Positions 58,199 through 64,000 of a stretch of DNA of 64,000 nucleotides are shown one piece after another; position 1 is the stretch's first letter, and every line of letters starts with the position of its first letter. The notes below the pieces were generated by a model. It saw only the letters and a program-made list of their open reading frames with translations, had not been told where the DNA came from and ran no database searches. The DNA comes from Acidobacteriota bacterium (GTDB lineage: Bacteria > Acidobacteriota > Vicinamibacteria > Vicinamibacterales > UBA2999). The translations under genes were made by a program, and so were the position numbers. Location: NCBI GenBank assembly GCA_016184455.1, contig JACPCS010000112.1, positions 4,822-68,821 on the forward strand. Direction: 5' to 3'.

Positions 58199-58863
58199 GG
58201 CACCGTCCGCCCCGGATCGCGCCGGACGATGACGAGGATGTCATCCTCACCTGGCTTGATCCTGTTGATGTTGTACGCGGTGTCGATTTCCTCGTCCGGT
58301 CCGGCCGAGAGCACGATGACATCGACGTCGCGCGACGACGTGATCAGCCGCTGCGTATTCACCGCATAGCGGTTGCCCCATGGATCAGGATCGACCGGGC
58401 CGTTCAGGTACGCCCCACGCCAGTAGCCGTTGTTGCCGACGGTGGTGGAATAGTCGTTCGCCACGTCTCCGCGCGGGTTGTTGGTCACCAGATGCCGCTC
58501 GAGGAAGTCGACCAGCCCAGTGGTGTTATTGACCGGATCGTCCCACTCTGTGCCGCCGCTGCCGATTGCCGGAATGTCGCCGTCACTGACCAGGATATCG
58601 ACGGGGGTTCCGTTCTGGTTCCCGATCCCCTCGATCGTGAAACCTATGTTCTGGCCCTGCGAATTCCCGGTCATGTCGGTCAGGAAGTTGACGATGGCGG
58701 TCTTGATCGCTTCCTCGTCGGTGACCACGCGGACCAGTCGGGCACGCTGGATTGTGCGTGCCGCGCTCGGCGCGGCCGCCGCCGTGAGCAGGGCCACCAC
58801 CGCCAGCACGACCGTCGCCTCGACCAGAGTGATCCCGTACGCCGAGCGCCAGCATCGCCTCAT
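58195..58863 (-). CDS. GspG-like prepilin paralogue
   Basis: G|ITLVEATVVLAVVALL; SDGDIP, WRGAY, DPDPWGNRYAVN, SAGPDEEIDT, EDDI motifs. Confidence 0.87.
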   Translation of the reverse strand: MRRCWRSAYGITLVEATVVLAVVALLTAAAAPSAARTIQRARLVRVVTDEEAIKTAIVNFLTDMTGNSQGQNIGFTIEGIGNQNGTPVDILVSDGDIPAIGSGGTEWDDPVNNTTGLVDFLERHLVTNNPRGDVANDYSTTVGNNGYWRGAYLNGPVDPDPWGNRYAVNTQRLITSSRDVDVIVLSAGPDEEIDTAYNINRIKPGEDDILVIVRRDPGRTVP

Positions 58864-58867
58864 CGGG

Positions 58868-59539
58868 TCATGACTCCAGCAGGACAATCAAATCGTCGCC
58901 GCCGGCGCTCAGCGAGGTCGCCTCGAAGACGGTCTCGATGATCTCGTTCTGGCCGGCGGACAGGACCACCACATCGTTGGTCGAGTTGGGATCCAGCCAC
59001 TGCGAGTTGATCATGTACCTGTTGCCCCACGGGTCCGGGTCGAGCGGTGCATTCAGGTACGGCCCGCGCCATCCGCGCGCCGGGGCTTCCGGGTTGCCCA
59101 GCTCGTTGTAGGCCGGGGCGGCGGCGCCCACCAGATCGTTCAAGACGAGGTGCCGCTCGAGGAAGTCGTACCGCGTGGTCGACGAGTTGACGACTGCCGT
59201 CTGCCACGTTGCCATCGTGGCCGCGTCGCTCACCTCGCGCGGGATATCGCCGTCGGTGACGAGCAGGTAGACGATGCGGCTCGAGTTGTTCGAGGCGTCG
59301 AAGGTGAAGATCTTCACCTGCATGTCGTCCTGGAAGGCGAGGACCGCCGTCTGGATATCGGTCATCGCGTCCGACGCCGCAGTATTCCTCGCGTTGCGGA
59401 CGACGGCGACGAGGGTCGGCGCAAGCGCGAACACGATGACAGCCGTGACGATGAGCATCAGCGAGACCTCGAGCAGGGTGACGCCGGCTTCGTCTGTCAG
59501 CGGCTCGGGGCGTTGGACTGTGGCCTTCGCGAGCATCAC
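58868..59539 (-). CDS. GspG-like prepilin paralogue
   Basis: G|VTLLEVSLML; TDGDIP, GWRGPY, DPDPWGNRY, GDDL motifs. Confidence 0.87.
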   Translation of the reverse strand: MMLAKATVQRPEPLTDEAGVTLLEVSLMLIVTAVIVFALAPTLVAVVRNARNTAASDAMTDIQTAVLAFQDDMQVKIFTFDASNNSSRIVYLLVTDGDIPREVSDAATMATWQTAVVNSSTTRYDFLERHLVLNDLVGAAAPAYNELGNPEAPARGWRGPYLNAPLDPDPWGNRYMINSQWLDPNSTNDVVVLSAGQNEIIETVFEATSLSAGGDDLIVLLES

Positions 59540-60330
59540 TGGATCCGGATGACGATGTCGTCGCCGTAGGCGCGCGCGTCGATGATCGGCTGCTCGAACG
59601 GCGTCTCGATGATCCCGTTGTTGCCCGCGGAGATCACGAAGACGGCGCGACGCGGGCGGCCCTCGCCGTCAGCCGCCGTGCTGCCGCCGTCGAGCCACTG
59701 CGAGTTGACGAGGAACTGGTTGCCCCACGGATCGCCTTTGAGCTCGGCGCTCACGTACGGCCCGTTCCAACCGCCGTACTCGCCCGGCCTGCGCAGCCGG
59801 TATCCCTTGCGATTCGTCCGGAGGTGATCGTCCAGCGACTCGGCCGGCGTCTCACGCCACTGCCGCCGCTCGACGGGTGTCGCCTCGGCCGAGCTTGCTG
59901 CGCCCGATCTGACGAACAGATTCAGCACCGGCAGCATCGACGCGTGGCCGACGCCGTCGCCGGCGTCTTCGGTCTGCGGCGGATCGCCGGCGCTGGCCAG
60001 CACGCCAGGCAGCCGCATCGGCGTGGGGGCGGCAAAGCCCGCGCTGCCCATGCCCGCGCTGGCCATGGCTAGGCCGTCGCTGGCCCGGACGGCCATCGCG
60101 CCGGCCACGCCCGCGCCGCCGTACGCGAGCGCGTCGCCGCCAAGGTCCTTTTGCAGATTGATCAACCCCATCGCGATCATCGAGGCGTCGTTCTTGGCCT
60201 TCACCGCGCGGGCCGTCGTCACCGACTCGGACACGATCGGCGACATGGCGCCTGCCAGGATGAAGAGCACCGACAGGATGACCGTGGTCTCGATGATGGT
60301 GATGCCGCGTTCACTGTGTCGCTCGATCAC
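59536..60330 (-). CDS. GspG-like prepilin paralogue (first gene of the pilin operon)
   Basis: GGAGA RBS; RG|ITIIETTVIL; GWNGPY, DPWGNQF, SAGNNG.IET, GDDI motifs. Confidence 0.87.
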   Translation of the reverse strand: MIERHSERGITIIETTVILSVLFILAGAMSPIVSESVTTARAVKAKNDASMIAMGLINLQKDLGGDALAYGGAGVAGAMAVRASDGLAMASAGMGSAGFAAPTPMRLPGVLASAGDPPQTEDAGDGVGHASMLPVLNLFVRSGAASSAEATPVERRQWRETPAESLDDHLRTNRKGYRLRRPGEYGGWNGPYVSAELKGDPWGNQFLVNSQWLDGGSTAADGEGRPRRAVFVISAGNNGIIETPFEQPIIDARAYGDDIVIRIQ

Positions 60331-60405
60331 GACTGGTCTCCCTGCTGTGGGCGCAAGCCCCAGGGCCCTGGGGCCTGCCGGTTTCGTGCGCGCTGCCCCC
60401 GGTTG

Positions 60406-60421
60406 AGCAAGCGACGTGCCC
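60406..60421 (-). promoter_or_regulatory. Sigma54 -24/-12 promoter of the pilin operon
   Basis: Minus strand GGGCACGTCGCTTGCT (near-consensus); AT-rich tract upstream; palindromes at 60484-60498 and 60530-60544. Confidence 0.8.
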
Positions 60422-60567
60422 GGCTGAAGTGAGGATGTAAGTTGCTGTATATGAGTTGGTTAACTCGAAGGACCGGCGCCGAACTACACAATCTGATGGT
60501 GGTGGGATCGTTCGGCCCCGGTTTGCACCCCACAGAGTTTGTAGCCGTTTGTTGAGGACGAGGTATC

Positions 60568-60595
60568 GTTGACTGAGCTAATGAACTTAGTCAAC
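60568..60595 (+). promoter_or_regulatory. Inverted repeat, probable TA autoregulatory operator
   Basis: GTTGACTGAG...CTTAGTCAAC, immediately before the antitoxin start. Confidence 0.55.
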
Positions 60596-60604
60596 ATGCC
60601 TGGT

Positions 60605-60859
60605 ATGAAGTCGGTCAACATCCATGAGGCCAAGACGCACCTGTCGCGACTGATCGCGGACGTCGAGCGAGGCGAGGAGATCATCATTTCCCGCGGCGGC
60701 AAGCCGGTGGCGCGGCTGCTGAAGTTCGAGCCCGCCCCAGCCAAGCGGGAGATGGGCTTCGACCGCGGACTATTTGAAATCCCCGAGGACTTCGATGCGC
60801 CGATGCCTGATTTTGAAGCGGAGCTCTACGGAGACGACGAAGACGACGTCGAGAAGTGA
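60605..60859 (+). CDS. Phd/YefM family antitoxin
   Basis: MKSVNIHEAKTHLSRLI..VE.GEEIII.R.GKPVARL. Confidence 0.9.
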   Translation: MKSVNIHEAKTHLSRLIADVERGEEIIISRGGKPVARLLKFEPAPAKREMGFDRGLFEIPEDFDAPMPDFEAELYGDDEDDVEK

Positions 60860-61245
60860 AACTGCTGCTGGACACGCAATGCTGGATCTGGATTGGACTA
60901 TCGCCTGAGCGCTTTTCCACCGGCACACACTCGCTGATTTCAGCTGACGACACGGATCTGCTGCTCTCCGCAGCCAGTGCGTGGGAAATCGCCATCAAGT
61001 ACGCCCGCGGGAAGCTCCCATTGCCTGATGCGCCCGCCGATTACGTTGCGCACCGTCTGAGACGTACCCGTACCGCCCCGCTCGTCGTGACCCTCGAGCA
61101 TGCGTTGCGCGCCGGCGCGCTGCCGCGCCATCATCGCGATCCGTTCGACCGGCTCCTGATCGCGCAGGCGCAACTCGTACGCCTGCCGATCGTCACGGCC
61201 GATCCGCAGTTCCGCCGCTACGACGTTGAGATCATCGATGCCTAG
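60856..61245 (+). CDS. vapC: PIN-domain toxin (VapC family)
   Basis: LLLDT, SAASAWEIAIK, HRDPFDRLLIAQA, TAD motifs. Confidence 0.92.
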   Translation: MKLLLDTQCWIWIGLSPERFSTGTHSLISADDTDLLLSAASAWEIAIKYARGKLPLPDAPADYVAHRLRRTRTAPLVVTLEHALRAGALPRHHRDPFDRLLIAQAQLVRLPIVTADPQFRRYDVEIIDA

Positions 61246-61282
61246 CGTGGTCCGGCTAAAGCCGCACGCCACGTACGGGTAG

Positions 61283-61792
61283 CTATTCCGTATCGTTGTC
61301 GACGCGCGCGGTCAGTACGGTTTCCACGGGCTGCGGCGCGCAGATGGTCCGCACGCGGATACGGAAACGTCCCTTCGCGACCGGAATGAGGCGCCCCTGC
61401 GCCACGTCGGGGTCGTTCGATCGGAGCTGAACGACCGGCGGCGATACCTCTTCGGCTTCGATGGCGAGCGGCACGTCGCGGACGGCAATGTCCGCCGCAT
61501 TCACGGCCACCACATTGAGTGCGCTCAGCGGGAAGCGCTCGCCCACGCGAAAGCCCAACGTCCGAAACGGCGTTTCGAGCCGGGCCACCGGCCGGAGCGT
61601 CGCGCACGCCTCGGTCCGCTGAAAGATGTTGAAGCCGCGGGGGATCACGCGCATCGGCTCGGTCAGCGTCGGCGCCGACAGTCCCTCCGCGACGAGCACG
61701 TAGTACGGGTCCGGCCGGCGACGCGACGCGCAGGCGGTCAGCAGCGAGGTCACGCATGCCGCACACGCGACGGCTGTGATGGCGCGCCTCAT
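61283..61792 (-). CDS. Hypothetical lipoprotein
   Basis: Signal peptide with lipobox LTAC; ATGA overlap with the upstream vapC. Confidence 0.6.
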   Translation of the reverse strand: MRRAITAVACAACVTSLLTACASRRRPDPYYVLVAEGLSAPTLTEPMRVIPRGFNIFQRTEACATLRPVARLETPFRTLGFRVGERFPLSALNVVAVNAADIAVRDVPLAIEAEEVSPPVVQLRSNDPDVAQGRLIPVAKGRFRIRVRTICAPQPVETVLTARVDNDTE

Positions 61793-62160
61793 ACCCAGAT
61801 CACTGACACGTCGTACGGCTTGAACCGAGGATCGTGCGTGACGATGGTTGCGCCTTCGACTTTCGCCTGCGCAATCAGCATGCGATCGAATGGATCGCCA
61901 TGATGCCGCGCCAACGCGAGGAACTGGGCCGCGTGCGCGAAGGTTACAGGAAGGCCGACGAAGCCGCTGTCATCCACCATCCACTCGAACGCGTCCTCCA
62001 GTCGCAACCGCCCGCTGCTTTGCTTGATGGCTGCCTCCCATGCAGACGCCGCACTGACCCACACCGTCTGCGCGGTGGCAATCGACCGTGTGACTCGGGC
62101 GAGACGCGAATCATTGGCACGCCACCACAAGAAGACGTGCGTGTCGAGCAGCAGCGTCAC
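61789..62160 (-). CDS. vapC: PIN-domain toxin (VapC family)
   Basis: GTG 62160; LLLDTHVFLWW, SAASAWE, HGDPFDRMLIAQA motifs. Confidence 0.9.
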   Translation of the reverse strand: MTLLLDTHVFLWWRANDSRLARVTRSIATAQTVWVSAASAWEAAIKQSSGRLRLEDAFEWMVDDSGFVGLPVTFAHAAQFLALARHHGDPFDRMLIAQAKVEGATIVTHDPRFKPYDVSVIWV

Positions 62161-62447
62161 CGTGCCTTCGCGCCGCGCTTTGAACGGATCCACAGCTCAG
62201 GGGGGTCGCTCGTGCCCTCGAATGCATCGAGGACCTCCTTGGGCAGAGGGGCGTCGAAGTCGGGAGAAATCCAGATACGGCCCTCGGAGCCACCTGGCCG
62301 GCGACGTACGGAGCGCTGCCGCAGCGGCACCAGGCGAGCGCGGGGGACGCCGGCTTTCGCAATGATGATCTCAGCACCGGCCGACGCCTCCTCGACCAGA
62401 GCCGAGAGTCGCGATTTGGCTTCGTACAAGTTGAGGACCTTGGCCAT
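62157..62447 (-). CDS. Phd/YefM family antitoxin
   Basis: NLYEAKSRLSALVE.A..G.EIIIAK.G.P.ARL...DFDAPLP. Confidence 0.9.
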   Translation of the reverse strand: MAKVLNLYEAKSRLSALVEEASAGAEIIIAKAGVPRARLVPLRQRSVRRRPGGSEGRIWISPDFDAPLPKEVLDAFEGTSDPPELWIRSKRGAKAR

Positions 62448-62507
62448 GCGTACATTGTGGCCGGCGGGTCGAGGTTGGTCAAGTTGGTCAAGCCGAGGGT
62501 CTGGATT

Positions 62508-62927
62508 TCAGCGACGCCCCGGCCGGGCGATTCTGGCCAGCCGTTGCGCGATGATGAACAGCAGGATCGCAATGACGACGAGGAGCGCGCGGACGGTCGT
62601 CAGCGCCTGGAGGAAGCGGCCGCCTTCGCCGAGCACCAGGCTCCAGCGGCCGGAGGCGGCATCCTCACTCGTCGGGAGCACGCTGAGGCCGACGAACCAT
62701 GCTGCGGCAGCGAGCGCGAGCGCAAGGACGAGCCAGCGCGCGATTCTCGGGTGCTGTACGAAATACCACACGAGGAAGATCGCCGCGACGGAGCCGCCGA
62801 ACGTGAGTGCCGCGGCAAAGGCGCCCTGCCACGCATACACGAGGGCAGTGCCTGCCGCGACGACAGATCCCGTGACGAACCCGATCACCGCTGCAGAACG
62901 TGCACCCACGCCCCAGCCCTTCGACAA
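62508..62927 (-). CDS. Hypothetical membrane protein (about 4 TM)
   Basis: Strongly hydrophobic 139 aa ORF. Confidence 0.5.
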   Translation of the reverse strand: MSKGWGVGARSAAVIGFVTGSVVAAGTALVYAWQGAFAAALTFGGSVAAIFLVWYFVQHPRIARWLVLALALAAAAWFVGLSVLPTSEDAASGRWSLVLGEGGRFLQALTTVRALLVVIAILLFIIAQRLARIARPGRR

Positions 62928-63055
62928 CTAGTTGAGAGCGATGATGCCCGACCGCGTTTCGTCGGTCAAGCATGCGTCAGGGCCGCAGGCGGCAACGATC
63001 AGGGCGTCAAGGACACGAGTGCCACGATGCGCACACTCCGCGCAGGAATCTTTCT

Positions 63056-63655
63056 TTACGCTGCGCGGCGATCCGCCTCAGCGGTGAATCGCGAGCGGTC
63101 GCGATATCCGTCGAGGCCGATGACGGTGGAGCTCCACCGAGGATCCTTCAGCGCCCGCAGCGCCCGGAGCACGACGGGGTCGAGCGCCGCCTCATCCCGC
63201 TGCTCCAACATGTCGATCGCCTGTCCCACGGGTGCGGCCGGATCGGCGGCGAGCTCATCGTACGCGTCGGCCACCGCGACAATGGCCGCACCCATCGCAC
63301 GTACGTCAGTCCCGCTCCTCGCCAGCATCCCCATGGCCAAGGCGCGAGCCGCAGCCGCGATGGCGGCGGCACTGGCGAGAAAGGGCACGTCCCGCATGAC
63401 GGCGTAGAGAACGGGCTGTTCGACCTCGTGCAGCAGCGCCGCGCGCTCGATGTCGGAGACGTGCGGCTCCGGAATCTCCAGCACGAGCGCGAGGTCGACG
63501 GCCAGGCGCGACACCCGGCGCGCGTGCTCGAGGGCGTCACCGCCGCGGCCGCGTGCCAGCAGCCTCGCGACGCTCATCGCGTTCAACTCCAATTGCTCGA
63601 ACGCCAGCGTGATCCCCGGGTGTCGGCCCGGCTCATCGAACAGTGGGTCGTCCAT
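63056..63655 (-). CDS. Degenerate, shortened HD-GYP-like protein
   Basis: HARRV...AALLHEV (HD changed to HE)...IVAVADAYDEL...LDPVV; the GYP loop is absent. Confidence 0.6.
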   Translation of the reverse strand: MDDPLFDEPGRHPGITLAFEQLELNAMSVARLLARGRGGDALEHARRVSRLAVDLALVLEIPEPHVSDIERAALLHEVEQPVLYAVMRDVPFLASAAAIAAAARALAMGMLARSGTDVRAMGAAIVAVADAYDELAADPAAPVGQAIDMLEQRDEAALDPVVLRALRALKDPRWSSTVIGLDGYRDRSRFTAEADRRAA

Positions 63656-64000
63656 GACCTGCCCCCATCGAAGACACGACCGCTACGATGTCGTCGCCAA
63701 TCGCCGGCAACCCATACAGTCCGAATGGCGTCTCGGCGACGCCATTTGGTCCGGCACTGAGCACCACCGTGTACGAGTCCCCCTCCCTCATCGCCTGCAC
63801 GTTCACACCGTAACGATTTCCCCAGGGATCCGGTTGCACGACCTGCTGCAAGTACGCCCCTCGCCAGCCGAACCACGCGCCCGGGTCGCGTGGGGTATAG
63901 CCGGCGGTATTCGTGATCAAGTGGTCATCGACAAGGCCGACCCCTCCACCTTCGATCGCGGCGCCCCACTGGTCCGTGCCGTCCCCGTAGACCGCTGGCG
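63633..64000 (-). CDS. GspG-like prepilin paralogue, 5'-partial (runs off window)
   Basis: DDHLITN, GWRGAY, PDPWGNRYGVN, SAGPNG.AET, GDDI motifs. Confidence 0.85.
   Translation of the reverse strand, partial: PAVYGDGTDQWGAAIEGGGVGLVDDHLITNTAGYTPRDPGAWFGWRGAYLQQVVQPDPWGNRYGVNVQAMREGDSYTVVLSAGPNGVAETPFGLYGLPAIGDDIVAVVSSMGAGHGRPTVR

Noticed and set aside
49999-64000. Integron cassette array (TA modules among short variable genes)
   Set aside because: No attC-like repeats or integrase seen; the pilin genes overlap each other as an operon.

Overview
High-GC bacterial window. Gene style and the heptamer repeats resemble Acidobacteriota/Vicinamibacteria, but this taxonomy is inference only. Left to right: (1) 1-1.3 kb: the edge of a probable accessory island (partial ERCC4/XPF-type nuclease and a CxxC protein) abutting the 3' end of tRNA-Gln(CUG), then a KGG stress protein, gltX, a PQQ sugar dehydrogenase and a PilZ protein. 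(2) 5.1-14.4 kb (-): a type IV filament/T2SS-like operon with a PilMN fusion, PilO-like, PilP/MshK-like, a sensor kinase and sigma54 activator embedded in the operon, a PilB/GspE ATPase, PilC/GspF and one GspG-like pilin. No secretin or prepilin peptidase is in the window. (3) Two tandem PilZ-pseudo-receiver paralogues. (4) 16.7-49.7 kb (+): a ~33 kb, 29-gene polysaccharide/glycosylation locus with Wzc, Wza, a beta-barrel, Wzx, a Wzy-like protein, an O-antigen-ligase-family protein, a WbpB/D/E-like set, a heptose kinase and phosphatase, two ThDP enzyme pairs and a C5-epimerase. (5) 50-64 kb (-): an array of at least 12 GspG-like prepilin paralogues interspersed with three VapBC-type toxin-antitoxin pairs, an MNT-HEPN deletion remnant and a degenerate HD-GYP gene. 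By eye, sigma54 -24/-12 promoters, IHF-like sites and a shared pseudo-palindrome (C[T/A/C][A/T]CA-N5-TG[T/A][A/G]G) recur upstream of the glycan operon, a PilZ-REC gene and the pilin genes. This suggests one co-regulated 'multi-pilin + glycan' surface system. All calls come from motif recognition without database searches.
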